Source of the DNA: Bacteroidia bacterium | GTDB taxonomy: Bacteria > Bacteroidota > Bacteroidia > Chitinophagales > Saprospiraceae | DNA: 64,000 nt | Direction of reading: 5' to 3' | Assembly (NCBI GenBank): GCA_030430845.1 | Contig: JAUIKE010000001.1 | Span: forward strand, 3,545 to 67,544 | Part shown: positions 17,735 to 27,686 of the stretch, one piece after another | Position numbering within the stretch: position 1 is the first letter of the stretch | Layout: every line of letters starts with the position of its first letter | Translations under genes and position numbers: made by a program | The notes under the pieces: model-generated | What the model was told of the DNA's origin: nothing | What the model saw: the letters and a program-made list of their open reading frames with translations, nothing else | Databases searched by the model: none

Positions 17735-18694
17735 ATGTCATTAAAAGAATTGGAGTCCAGGATTAGAAAGTTTTTAAGTGGCCATAACAGCCCACAAGGC
17801 CGAAAATTGTTCGATCAGTGGTATGACTCATTCGACAATCAAAACGCATCCCTCTCCCATGATCAGAAACATCAGATAAAAAAACGGATGTATCAAAACA
17901 TTCAAAGCCAGATGGAGGCTTCAAAAACACGAAACAAAGGCTCTCAAGCATTAAGAAGAAGACTTATTACCGCTACGAAGGTTGCCGCAAGTATCGCTTT
18001 GATCGTTTCAGTCCTTTGGGGTGTCCAGCGGTGGAGTGCTCAGGAAATGCTCATTCACCAAACAGCATTTGGAGAAACCAAACAGCTACAATTACCCGAC
18101 GGCACCATCGTCAACTTGAATGCCAACTCCAGTCTTCGTTATGCTGGCAACAATCCGCGGGAAGTCTGGCTGGAAGGGGAAGGCTTTTTTGAGGTAAGGA
18201 AAAAACCAAGGACAAAAGCCGTTTTTTTGGTTCATACTCAAGATCTCGTCATCGAAGTATTAGGAACGGCCTTCAATGTCAATAGTCGACATGAAAAAAC
18301 CGAGGTCGTACTGGAAGAAGGTAGTATTAAACTCAACCTTGAAGATGGAAAAGAGGAGATGATGGAGCCCGGTGATCTGATTGCGTATTCCGGTAAAGAG
18401 GCCAGGATATTGGAAAGGGATACAGCCGTATCAACTGAAGTGCACAGCTCCTGGAAAAACGGCACCATTCTCTTAGATCTGACTACATTAGATGAGGCTA
18501 CACAAAAAGTGGCGGATCATTACGGAGTAGCCTTCAAATTCGGCACGAACAGCCTCAAAGAAAAGGTGATGAACGGAGGGGTGCCTATGGACAACCTTGG
18601 TGTAAGTCTTCAGATGTTAGAAATAACCTTCAGTATACAAATTGACCAAAAGGGCTCCTATTACCTGATCACACAGGATGAGGGTCCCCAATAA
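17735..18694 (+). CDS. FecR-family anti-sigma factor / transmembrane sensor
   Basis: Cytoplasmic N-domain, a single TM (VAASIALIVSVLWGV) and a periplasmic FecR domain (LPDGTIVNLNANSSLRY ... GEGFFEV). It sits between the ECF sigma and STN-SusC genes. Confidence 0.9.
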   Translation: MSLKELESRIRKFLSGHNSPQGRKLFDQWYDSFDNQNASLSHDQKHQIKKRMYQNIQSQMEASKTRNKGSQALRRRLITATKVAASIALIVSVLWGVQRWSAQEMLIHQTAFGETKQLQLPDGTIVNLNANSSLRYAGNNPREVWLEGEGFFEVRKKPRTKAVFLVHTQDLVIEVLGTAFNVNSRHEKTEVVLEEGSIKLNLEDGKEEMMEPGDLIAYSGKEARILERDTAVSTEVHSSWKNGTILLDLTTLDEATQKVADHYGVAFKFGTNSLKEKVMNGGVPMDNLGVSLQMLEITFSIQIDQKGSYYLITQDEGPQ

Positions 18695-18770
18695 GCTTTA
18701 CCCCTGTAAGGATAAAACACTGTTTTTACCGTAAAGAAGGGATAGTACTTAAAATCTAAAATCTTTGTGT

Positions 18771-21700
18771 ATGAAAACTTTTAAACCGTGCTACTTAAGC
18801 ATTTTGCTTATCTTTTTACTGGCGCAGCTGCCACTGCAGCTACCGGCCCATAACCATGAAGTTCCCGAAGAGGGCACCAAGCCCCTTATCGAAGCTTTAA
18901 AAGAATTAAGTGAAAAATTCCAGGTATTTTTCACCTATGATGTTTCCTTGGTCAAAAATATTGAGGTAGCAGACAAGCCCCTGGAGCAGGCTAACCTCAA
19001 GTTTATAATTGATGACCTATTAGCAGATACCGGCTTAAAATACGAACTGCTCGATACCCGGTATTATGTAATTTATAAAGACACAAAGAAGGGAAAGGGC
19101 AGCGTCAAAAAGATCCGCAAAAAAATGAAGCAGATCAAAAAACTGGAGGATTCCGGCAATCTGCGCCTTCAAAGGACCAGCCCAAATGATCCGGTCAACC
19201 AGCTGACGAGCCTTCAAACAAGCTTAAAGGAGCTTACCTCGGACGTGACCATTACCGGTACTGTTACGGATGAAGAAGGCGTTCCTCTGATCGGAGCCAC
19301 CGTTCAGGAAATTGGCACCACTAATGGAACACTGACCAATGCCGATGGCGATTATTCTATTGATGTAGCGGACGGAGCTACCCTCGTTTTTTCCTATGTG
19401 GGATACAATCCACAACAGGTACGGGTAACGGCTGGGACCACCGTTATCGACATCACGATGACCGAAAACGTTTCTGCGCTTGATGAGGTTGTAGTAGTTG
19501 GATATGGCCGCCAGCAAAAAAGAGATATTACAGGCTCGGTAGCCACTCTATCCGCTCAGCAAATTGCAGACCTTCCGCTGTCCAATTTTGAAAATGCTAT
19601 CCAGGGGCAATTAGCCGGCGTGCAGGTGAGTGAAACCAGTGGAGAGCCCGGTGCAGGACCTACCATTCGGGTAAGAGGAGTGGGTTCCATCTCCGCAGGA
19701 AATGAACCCTTGTATGTTATTGACGGCTTTCCTATTTCAAAAAATGTAGATCTTGGGGTGCAGGGAGATAACTTCCGCCGCGGAACCGGGCGTTTCCGTC
19801 CTCCTTCTCAAAACCCACTGGCCACCCTCAGTCCCAATGATATCGAATCTATCCAGGTACTCAAAGATGCCTCCGCTGCCTCTATTTATGGCTCCAGAGG
19901 GTCCAATGGGGTTATCTTAATTACCACCAAAAGAGGAAAACGCAAAGGAAAACCGCGTGTTTCCTACGATGCCTTCGTAGGAAGTCAGTCGGTAGCGAAC
20001 CGCCTGGATTTAATGAATGCAGAAGAACTGATCGATTATAACCGAGACGCGACTAACAACGCCTACCTCGATAATAATCCCGGAGCCAGCCCCAGTGATC
20101 CGAATTCAATGAGGTCTAATGCCGCCTGGCGACTGTCCGATGATGTACTGAACCCGGATGGGACGGATACCGACTGGCAGGATGAAATGTTCAGTACTGC
20201 CTTACTTCAAAGCCACAATCTTTCCGTAGCCGGTGGTTCAGACAATATGAGCTACTACGTGTCCGGCAACTTTTACAATCAGGACGGCATTATTAAAGGT
20301 TCCGGCTTTGACCGATACAGTTTTCGTCTGAACCTGGAGGCGGATCTTTCACAAAAAATGAGATTGGGTGTTAATCTGAATCCTTCTTTCACTACTTCAG
20401 ATAAACTACCTGCCGGATCGCCCTACTTTGCCCGTCCTCCGGGAATCGTTTATTCCGGTATCGTGCATTCACCAACCGTAAAGCCCCGCAACCCAGATGG
20501 GACTCCTAACCAGTTGGATAATCAGAGTTACTTGCTGACACCCGAAGGAGAAGCTTCTTCTTTCACCTCGGCCAGTAATCCTCTGGCTATTATGGAAGCT
20601 ATTGATGACCAGTTGAACCAATTTAGGACCTTAGGTAATCTTTCACTTGAATATGATCTGGCAGAAGGCTTGACCTTTAAAACTTTCCTTGGCATCGATA
20701 TAAATAACTACAAGCGTAACTTCTTCCGCAAGAACAGCCTGTTGTATAGAGAGGCGGCCACCGGAGAGCCCTATGGCCAATCCAGTTCTTCAGAAAGTGT
20801 CAACTGGCTGGCGGAGCAAACTCTGACCTACAGCACCACTTTAGGAGACGGTCACAATATCACCGCTTTGGCTGGCTATACCGCTCAAAAAGAAAAGATC
20901 GACATTAATAATGTGATTGCAGATAACTATCCGGATGACCTCGTACCGACTGTCAGTGGAGGCCAGGTAGTAAATGGTTCGGCTGACCAGGAAGAATGGT
21001 CACTGGTATCCCTACTCGCTCGTATCAATTACGATTATAATGACCGCCTCTTGGTGACTGCCTCTTTCCGTTCTGATCGTTCTTCCCGTTTCGGAGCGGG
21101 TAATAAAACGGGGATATTCCCGTCTTTCTCCCTGGGTTATCGAATATCTGAGGACATTGGCGCCACTTGGTTAAGCGATTTGAAATTAAGAGCCAGTTGG
21201 GGAAAAACAGGGAACTTCCTGATCCCGAATTATGCTTCTATCGGTTTGTTAGGTACTTATAATTATACCTATGGAGGCACTCTTAACAATGGAATTGCAC
21301 CATCCACGATCAGCAACCAGGATCTGAGTTGGGAAAAGACCAGTTCGTACGACATTGGAATTGATTTTGGTTTCTGGGATGACAGAGTTTACGGTTCTGT
21401 AGAGTATTATAATGCTACTACCTCTGATCTCCTGCTGGAAGTCCAGGTTCCTGCCGCACTTGGTTTCACCAATGCTTTGACCAACATAGGCGAGGTGGTG
21501 AATAAAGGGATTGAGTTTTCTTTGACCAGCCGCAATACGGTCGGCAAATTCAAATGGACAACGGATATCAACTTCTCCACGCTAAACAACGAAGTAACCA
21601 AATTAGGGCCGGACGGAGCACCTATCCTGAGTGCCGGTGGAGCAGGCAACCGCCACATCACCATGATCGGAGAGTCGATCGGTAGTTATTTCGGATATGT

Positions 21701-22355
21701 AACTGATGGTATTTATCAGACACAGGCAGAGATCGATGCCGGGCCGGTGGATCAGATCGCTACCCCACGCCCTGGCGATTTTCGCTGGATGGACATTAAC
21801 AATGACGGCGTCATCAATGCCAGCGACCGGACCGTAACTGGTAATTATTTGCCAGATTTCACCTGGGGTATCAGAAATACCTTTGAGTATCAGAACTTCA
21901 CCTTGAATTTCCTCATACAAGGGGTGGAAGGATCAGATGTATTGAACCTCACAAGGCGACATATGGGTAACGGAGAGGCCAACTACAATAGTTACAGAGA
22001 TTGGGTGAATCGCTGGAAGTCTCCTCAGGACCCCGGAAATGGAGAAATCCCAAGGGCCAACCGCCAGACGGGCAACAGCAACAACCGGCCTTCTAATTAC
22101 CAGGTAGAGGATGCCTCCTACATTCGTCTGCGGAATGTAACCTTAGGGTACACCTTCCCGACCACTGCATTTGGAGGAACTTTCTCCGGGCTTCGACTTT
22201 ATATATCAGGTACCAACCTGATTACCATCACCGATTATCTGGGCTTTAATCCTGAGGTAAACAATATTGAGGACAATGTGAATGTCCAAGGTGAAGATTA
22301 CGGAGCTTACCCACTTTCAAGAGTATTTACCCTCGGTGTAAATGCATCCTTTTAA
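18771..22355 (+). CDS. SusC/RagA-family TonB-dependent outer-membrane transporter with N-terminal STN signalling domain
   Basis: Signal peptide, then an STN-like region (LKELSEKFQVFFTYDVSL...YELLDTRYYVIYK). Carboxypeptidase-regulatory-like domain (ITGTVTDEEGVPLIGATVQ...). TonB box/plug (DEVVVVGYG, SIYGSRGSNGVILITTKRG). The C-terminal barrel ends in an aromatic residue (VNASF). ATG 18771 is preferred to the listed TTG at 18765. Confidence 0.93.
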   Translation: MKTFKPCYLSILLIFLLAQLPLQLPAHNHEVPEEGTKPLIEALKELSEKFQVFFTYDVSLVKNIEVADKPLEQANLKFIIDDLLADTGLKYELLDTRYYVIYKDTKKGKGSVKKIRKKMKQIKKLEDSGNLRLQRTSPNDPVNQLTSLQTSLKELTSDVTITGTVTDEEGVPLIGATVQEIGTTNGTLTNADGDYSIDVADGATLVFSYVGYNPQQVRVTAGTTVIDITMTENVSALDEVVVVGYGRQQKRDITGSVATLSAQQIADLPLSNFENAIQGQLAGVQVSETSGEPGAGPTIRVRGVGSISAGNEPLYVIDGFPISKNVDLGVQGDNFRRGTGRFRPPSQNPLATLSPNDIESIQVLKDASAASIYGSRGSNGVILITTKRGKRKGKPRVSYDAFVGSQSVANRLDLMNAEELIDYNRDATNNAYLDNNPGASPSDPNSMRSNAAWRLSDDVLNPDGTDTDWQDEMFSTALLQSHNLSVAGGSDNMSYYVSGNFYNQDGIIKGSGFDRYSFRLNLEADLSQKMRLGVNLNPSFTTSDKLPAGSPYFARPPGIVYSGIVHSPTVKPRNPDGTPNQLDNQSYLLTPEGEASSFTSASNPLAIMEAIDDQLNQFRTLGNLSLEYDLAEGLTFKTFLGIDINNYKRNFFRKNSLLYREAATGEPYGQSSSSESVNWLAEQTLTYSTTLGDGHNITALAGYTAQKEKIDINNVIADNYPDDLVPTVSGGQVVNGSADQEEWSLVSLLARINYDYNDRLLVTASFRSDRSSRFGAGNKTGIFPSFSLGYRISEDIGATWLSDLKLRASWGKTGNFLIPNYASIGLLGTYNYTYGGTLNNGIAPSTISNQDLSWEKTSSYDIGIDFGFWDDRVYGSVEYYNATTSDLLLEVQVPAALGFTNALTNIGEVVNKGIEFSLTSRNTVGKFKWTTDINFSTLNNEVTKLGPDGAPILSAGGAGNRHITMIGESIGSYFGYVTDGIYQTQAEIDAGPVDQIATPRPGDFRWMDINNDGVINASDRTVTGNYLPDFTWGIRNTFEYQNFTLNFLIQGVEGSDVLNLTRRHMGNGEANYNSYRDWVNRWKSPQDPGNGEIPRANRQTGNSNNRPSNYQVEDASYIRLRNVTLGYTFPTTAFGGTFSGLRLYISGTNLITITDYLGFNPEVNNIEDNVNVQGEDYGAYPLSRVFTLGVNASF

Positions 22356-22402
22356 AACTCTTGGAAAGGCATAGTTTTTATTCAAATAAAAAAAGATAAA
22401 AA

Positions 22403-23776
22403 ATGAAGTTCAAATATATTTTTTCCATCCTTTTAATATTCGGGATGATGTCCTGCTCAGAGGATTTCACGGATCTTTCCCCGATATCACAGCGGAACGT
22501 GGGGATCTTTTACAAAACGGCCAATGACATGCAAGTGGCCACCAACTCAATTTATAATGTATTGAAGGCGGACGGCACGTACAACCAGAGTTACTGGGTG
22601 CTTTTTGAACTCCGTTCGGACAATACGTTCTGGGATGGAACAGGCCTGGCCGAAGAGATCACTGTTTTTGATAAATTCACTGACATTCCAACCAGCGATA
22701 TTTCAGAAGCGGCCTGGAATGACTCCTACCTGGGCATTGCCCGAGCTAATATTGTCCTTTCTCGCTTAGACGATATTGACATGGACGGAAGCACCAGAGA
22801 ACAACTAAGAGGAGAAGCTTTGTTTCTGAGGTCTTTATTTTACTATCACATGGCAGTTGCCTTTGGCAATGTCCCACTTGTTCTTACAGAAACACAATCT
22901 GTTGGAGAAGGCCAGGAACACACTCAGGCATCTGCTTCAGAGATTTTTGCCCAGATCATCTCTGATCTGACGGAGGCAGAGTCAAAGCTGCCGCAAAGCT
23001 ATTCAGGGGGCGATATTGGCAGAGCTACTAAAGGGGCTGCAGCAACCTTACTGGGAAAAGTTTACCTGGCCACCGGTAATAACTCCAGCGCCGAGGATGC
23101 CCTTAGAAGGGTGATGGGTTACGGTTACAGCCTGGTTGACAATTATGCCGACCTCTGGGGCGTGGCCAACGAGCACAATTCGGAATCCATTTTTGAGGTA
23201 GAATTTGAAGGCGGTTTTGCCGATCAAGGCAATAATTTTACCAGCCAATTCAACGGCGACCTGTCGTCAACGGTTACCTCCGGACTACGGAATATCCCGG
23301 AATGGGATCTGGTCAATGCTTATGAAGACGGAGATGCAAGATTAGCAGCTTCCATTGACGGCACAACGGAAACTGCCCCCGGCTGGACCATCAAGTACGG
23401 CACCGAAAATCCTTTTAATGACGATGATGCTCCTAATAACTGGGTGGTTTTCCGCTACGCTGACGTTCTTCTGATGCTGGCTGAAGCCCTCGGAGAAGGG
23501 ACAGAAGCCTATGGATTCATCAATCAGGTAAGGGCCAGGGCCGGACTCGATCCGATCGATGCGAATACCCCCGGAACTTTTGCAGAAAAACTGCTTCAGG
23601 AAAGACGAGTAGAATTAGCATTTGAAAATCATCGCTGGGCGGATCTGCTGCGCTTCGGTATGGCCGAGTCCGTCATGGCTGCACATGGCAAGCCCGTGAA
23701 CGGCAAGCTTTTGTTTGCTATCCCGCAGCGTGAAATGGACCTGAACGCTAATTTTGTTCAAAATTCCGGCTATTAA
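22403..23776 (+). CDS. SusD/RagB-family nutrient-binding outer-membrane lipoprotein
   Basis: Lipobox (IFGMMSCSED). TPR-like SusD motifs are present (RAEALFLRSLFYYHMAVAFGNVPL-type region, FRYADVLLMLAEAL, ERRVELAFENHRWADLLR). It directly follows the SusC gene. Confidence 0.9.
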   Translation: MKFKYIFSILLIFGMMSCSEDFTDLSPISQRNVGIFYKTANDMQVATNSIYNVLKADGTYNQSYWVLFELRSDNTFWDGTGLAEEITVFDKFTDIPTSDISEAAWNDSYLGIARANIVLSRLDDIDMDGSTREQLRGEALFLRSLFYYHMAVAFGNVPLVLTETQSVGEGQEHTQASASEIFAQIISDLTEAESKLPQSYSGGDIGRATKGAAATLLGKVYLATGNNSSAEDALRRVMGYGYSLVDNYADLWGVANEHNSESIFEVEFEGGFADQGNNFTSQFNGDLSSTVTSGLRNIPEWDLVNAYEDGDARLAASIDGTTETAPGWTIKYGTENPFNDDDAPNNWVVFRYADVLLMLAEALGEGTEAYGFINQVRARAGLDPIDANTPGTFAEKLLQERRVELAFENHRWADLLRFGMAESVMAAHGKPVNGKLLFAIPQREMDLNANFVQNSGY

Positions 23777-23785
23777 TTATATAAA

Positions 23786-23906
23786 CATGAGTCATCTTCG
23801 TTGCTCGTTGTTCGTTGTTCGTTGCTCGTTGTTCGTTTAATTGCGAGCAACGAACAACCAATAACGAACAACCAACAACGAACAACGAATTGAAAGATGG
23901 CTCATG
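23786..23906. repeat. ~120-nt imperfect palindrome built from CGTTGYT heptamer repeats (copy 1 of a dispersed hairpin element)
   Basis: The left arm has 5.5 heptamers (cgttgct cgttgtt cgttgtt cgttgct cgttgtt cgtt). The loop region is taattgcg. The right arm is the complementary aacgaac/aaccaa repeats. The outer clamp is catgagtcatctt / aagatggctcatg. It lies between the SusD stop and the PIG-L start. Confidence 0.85.
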
Positions 23907-23940
23907 TACCTTTTACTTTTACTCTCAAATCAAATTTTTT

Positions 23941-24831
23941 ATGAAAAATATCATTTCACTAATTTTCTTTATTGCCGCTCTAAGTGTCTGGAGCTTTGCC
24001 CAGGAGCCTTTGCGCATCATTGCCATCGGGGCCCATCCGGATGACTGCGACTCCAAATTCGGGGGTACCGCTGCCATGCTGGCCAAAATGGGCCATCAGG
24101 TTAAGTTCCTGGCGCTCACCAGCGGTGATGCCGGTCATCAAAGTCAGGGAGGTGGAGCCCTGGGCAACCGCAGGCGGGCCGAAGCCAAAGAAGCAGGGAA
24201 AAGGCTGGGCATTGCGGAGTATGAAACCCTCGACAATCACGATGCCGAACTAATGCCGACACTACAGGTACGTCATCAGGTCATACGCGCCATCCGGAAA
24301 TGGAATGCCGATATCGTTCTGGGGTTACGCCCTAACGATTACCATCCGGATCACCGCAACGCTGGTAAGGTCGTCATTGACGCCTCCTACATGGTTATCG
24401 TGCCCAATGTGTGCCCCGATACGCCGCCATTGGAAAAAAATCCGGTTTTTCTTTACATGCAAGACCACTTTCAGCGCCCCTACCCTCACATCCCCGAGAT
24501 CAGCGTGATCATTGATGATGTGATCGAAAAAAAGATTGACGCACTAGACGCACACGAATCACAAATGTACGAATGGGGCCCCTGGACCAACGGGCGCAGC
24601 CAGGATAAGGTACCAAAAGGGAAAGCCGAACGCCGCGAATGGTTATCCAAACGCATCAAAGGCAGAACGAATAAATCAGAGGCCGTAATGGAATCGCTGA
24701 AAAAATGGTACGGAGAAAAAGCAGCCAGGGATGCCAAATATGTGGAATCCTTTGAGATTGCCGAATACGGGTACCAACCTACAGAGGAGGATATTCGAAA
24801 AATGTTTCCAATGCTCAAAATAAAGCCCTGA
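23941..24831 (+). CDS. PIG-L/LmbE-family N-acetylglucosaminyl deacetylase, secreted
   Basis: The AIGAHPDDCD motif with downstream His/Asp ligands is typical of the PIG-L family. ATG 23941 gives the signal peptide MKNIISLIFFIAALSVWSFAQ. The listed start at 23815 would translate the hairpin repeat. Confidence 0.85.
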   Translation: MKNIISLIFFIAALSVWSFAQEPLRIIAIGAHPDDCDSKFGGTAAMLAKMGHQVKFLALTSGDAGHQSQGGGALGNRRRAEAKEAGKRLGIAEYETLDNHDAELMPTLQVRHQVIRAIRKWNADIVLGLRPNDYHPDHRNAGKVVIDASYMVIVPNVCPDTPPLEKNPVFLYMQDHFQRPYPHIPEISVIIDDVIEKKIDALDAHESQMYEWGPWTNGRSQDKVPKGKAERREWLSKRIKGRTNKSEAVMESLKKWYGEKAARDAKYVESFEIAEYGYQPTEEDIRKMFPMLKIKP

Positions 24832-24963
24832 TGAAATGTAAAGGATCGTTGATTCAATAAAATTTTCTAAAACAACATAAAAACCAACAACAACCAACAA
24901 CGATCCGAATGGGGAATTTTTGAGTAAATTTTTCATCATCACCAACTTTGAACAATACTAATC

Positions 24964-27630
24964 ATGAAGAAAACGGCAAGAACGATCATCAAGTTTGCCC
25001 CCTACTACTGTTTGCTCCTACTAGGCCTTTGGTCTTGTGATGTACCGGTCAATATTGAACAAAACCGGGTTCCCATACAGATAGAAGAGGCCGCTCCGGG
25101 TGCGCCCATCACTATGGGTATTCCGTTTCCGCAAGGGGCCTTATCCTCTACTGATCGGGTGCGATTGCTAGACAGTAAAGGGAAAGAAATTCCCTGCCAG
25201 ATCACCGAGGTGACCAGTTGGGAGCCGGTCGATTTCAGCGTCAAATGGCTGTGGGTATTCTTCTTCGCTACCGAAGACGAAAAATACGAACTGGAATATG
25301 GCGAGGGCGTCAGCAGAGCCCCGCTGACCGGCCCCACCATCAAGTTTAAAAACTCCCAGCGTTCGGGCCTGCGCGGCTTTGCGGAAATCGATACCGGGCC
25401 CTTGTCCTTCAAGGTATCTAAGGGAGTCAGCGGTTTCATGGAGTCCGTTCACCTGGATGTAGCCGGCGATGAAGTCCAGCAAAAGGATACCATCGCAACC
25501 AGCCCGGCAGGGCGCGGCTCCTTCCTGGACATGCTCGACGATGCAGGTATTGACCCCTCCAAGGCCGTCATTACCCGCACCGTCAGAGAAAAAGGCTCCG
25601 GGCCCCTACATGCCATTTTAAGGATAGAAGGGCATTATGAATACCAGCGGGCCGACAACCCGGCTTCTCCCTTTATCATTCGCATTCATGCTTATGCCGG
25701 AAAGTCTTATGTGCGGGTTTTCCATACCATGACGTACACGGGTAAACCCGATAAGCATAAAGAACGCTCAGGTATGCATCCGGCCATCGCCACCGCCGAC
25801 AGCGATGTCTGGATTACCGAAAACGTCTCGACGGATGAAGGATGGCTGGAACCCAATGACCGAATAGAAGGGACCGGCCTATCTATGCATTACCGCTTTG
25901 AAGGTACGCCCACCTATCGGGCCGCCTATCATCAAGGCAAATGGTACGATCCGGGGGAACAGACCGTTACCAGTGGTTCGGTTCCGGAACAGAGCACCCT
26001 CAGTGTTTTCCAAACCGGCCCCAAGCCTAGCCGGGTGCCTCCTTTTCCGAATTCGGATGGAGAAAAAAGGATCGATGGTTTTGAGGGGAAAATATTGGCC
26101 GGGAATGAAGCCGTCCAATCCTTTGAAAGAGCAGCCGGCTGGATGGACGTGTCAGACGATAAGTGGGGCGTGGCCATCGGGATGCGGTACTTCTTCGAAG
26201 AATACCCGAAAGATCTGAGCTTTGATCCAGGAACTAATAACTTCACGGCCAACGCCTGGTCTTCCAAGGCCGGCCCAATGAGCTTTGAGCGGGCCAATCT
26301 GCGGTCCGATGCCGGCCTGCTCGATAACTATGCTACCGGGATCACCAAAACCACCGAAATGATGTACCACTTCCACGATGCGGGAGTAGCAGATGAAGAG
26401 ATCGCACAGGTCATGAACTATGTGCTCGACCCTCCAACCGCCCATGCTGCGCCGGAAGTGTATGCCAACAGCCAGGTCTACGGCCAGTTTGCCCCTTATC
26501 GAGCGGATCATGAAGAATTCGAGCGCAGCCTCGAATACAAATTTGACTGGATCGGCTACAACACCAAATGGGAACCCTGGTACGGCCTGCTCGACCATGG
26601 AGACCATATGCGCTTTTTCTTTAACGACGACTGGCGTAGCTGGACCTGCAACGAACCGGCCGTCGATTACATGTATTGGTTGCAATATATGCGAACCGGT
26701 AATCGGAAATATTACCTGGCCGCAGAAGCCGCCAGTCGCCATTCTATGGATGTTGATAATATCCACTGGCCGGCCAAAACACCTTTCATAGGAGACACGA
26801 ATGAAGCCAGCGACTTCTGGATACACGATAAGGGCCAGGAAGCCACTCCCTATCTGGGTGTGGGCAAGCGCCATGCCAACCAGCATTATTCCGCCTTGCT
26901 CAGCGCGCATGTATGGGTAACCGGCTGGGTGGCCTCTTACTATCTGTCGGGCTATCACCGCGGGCTGGACATCGCCAAGCTAAGCGCCGACGCCTATACC
27001 CGCCGTATCTGGGGGGATCATGGGCTCACGGGCCGACGCCTGTATCTTTCGGTCTGGAACCTGGTAGAAGTCTGGGATGCCACTAAAGATGACAAATACA
27101 AGCAGGAATTGGATGACAGAGTTCAGCGGATGCTTAAGCTGCAGGCCGGGCCTGATCAATACAACAGCCTCGTGATCGATCGCTACGGCTACTCACAGTG
27201 CTATACTGCTCAGGGCTTTCGAAAATACTATCAGCTGACGCAGGATGAGAAGATCAAGCATGCCGTCATCCTACATGCACAGGCGCTGCGGGACAATGCC
27301 GGATGGAATCACGAATATGAATCGTATTTTGCTTCAATTTCAGGCCTCGTGCTGGGCTATGAAATGTCGGGTGAAAAAAGTTTCCTGGAGGAAGCCATCA
27401 AAAGAGCTGAAAAACTTAAGACGGATCAACTGGAAAAATCTTTCGAGGAAATCGGCAATCAAAAAGATATCGCCATTGCCCTCGAAGGTGCCAGTAACCT
27501 GCCGGGAGCCGAAAATTATGCCGAAGGCTCAGGCTGGAATGCCACGATCTGGGGTATGACCATGGGTCTGCGAATTTTTGGCTGGACGCATATTTATAAT
27601 ATTCCATGGCTCTTAGAACATATAGAATAA
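24964..27630 (+). CDS. large PUL-associated lipoprotein of unknown function (possible glycan-active enzyme)
   Basis: An 888-aa uninterrupted ORF with a lipobox (LLLGLWSCD), coding-like composition and a position within the PUL. I recognise no catalytic motif with confidence. Confidence 0.75.
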   Translation: MKKTARTIIKFAPYYCLLLLGLWSCDVPVNIEQNRVPIQIEEAAPGAPITMGIPFPQGALSSTDRVRLLDSKGKEIPCQITEVTSWEPVDFSVKWLWVFFFATEDEKYELEYGEGVSRAPLTGPTIKFKNSQRSGLRGFAEIDTGPLSFKVSKGVSGFMESVHLDVAGDEVQQKDTIATSPAGRGSFLDMLDDAGIDPSKAVITRTVREKGSGPLHAILRIEGHYEYQRADNPASPFIIRIHAYAGKSYVRVFHTMTYTGKPDKHKERSGMHPAIATADSDVWITENVSTDEGWLEPNDRIEGTGLSMHYRFEGTPTYRAAYHQGKWYDPGEQTVTSGSVPEQSTLSVFQTGPKPSRVPPFPNSDGEKRIDGFEGKILAGNEAVQSFERAAGWMDVSDDKWGVAIGMRYFFEEYPKDLSFDPGTNNFTANAWSSKAGPMSFERANLRSDAGLLDNYATGITKTTEMMYHFHDAGVADEEIAQVMNYVLDPPTAHAAPEVYANSQVYGQFAPYRADHEEFERSLEYKFDWIGYNTKWEPWYGLLDHGDHMRFFFNDDWRSWTCNEPAVDYMYWLQYMRTGNRKYYLAAEAASRHSMDVDNIHWPAKTPFIGDTNEASDFWIHDKGQEATPYLGVGKRHANQHYSALLSAHVWVTGWVASYYLSGYHRGLDIAKLSADAYTRRIWGDHGLTGRRLYLSVWNLVEVWDATKDDKYKQELDDRVQRMLKLQAGPDQYNSLVIDRYGYSQCYTAQGFRKYYQLTQDEKIKHAVILHAQALRDNAGWNHEYESYFASISGLVLGYEMSGEKSFLEEAIKRAEKLKTDQLEKSFEEIGNQKDIAIALEGASNLPGAENYAEGSGWNATIWGMTMGLRIFGWTHIYNIPWLLEHIE

Positions 27631-27635
27631 GTTTT

Positions 27636-27671
27636 TTATTGATTGACCGGCAGTGGCCGGTCAATCAATAA
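27636..27671 (+). promoter_or_regulatory. 15-bp stem hairpin between the 888-aa gene and the MFS transporter gene (possible attenuator/terminator)
   Basis: Stem ttattgattgaccgg / ccggtcaatcaataa with loop cagtgg. The following T-tract is weak. Confidence 0.45.
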
Positions 27672-27686
27672 GTAAAAATTTCTTAT

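Noticed and set aside
23815-23940. N-terminal extension of the PIG-L deacetylase (MFVARCSFNCEQRTTNNEQPTTNNE...).
   Set aside because: The extension translates the heptamer hairpin repeat. A proper signal peptide begins at ATG 23941.
24842-24905. Third copy of the heptamer hairpin element (ggatcgttg ... aaccaacaacaaccaacaacgatcc).
   Set aside because: Only a 9-bp stem with a ~45-nt loop and one AAC-rich arm remain. This is too degenerate to call as a feature, so it is mentioned only under the copy-1 finding.
26152-26958. 268-aa antisense ORF inside the 888-aa lipoprotein gene. Similar long antisense or alternative-frame ORFs occur at 45493-45990, 57261-57791 and 61042-61659.
   Set aside because: All lie wholly within longer ORFs that have clear family motifs or coding character. 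Their translations are Arg/Gly/His-rich with no motifs, which is typical of shadow ORFs in GC-richer genes.
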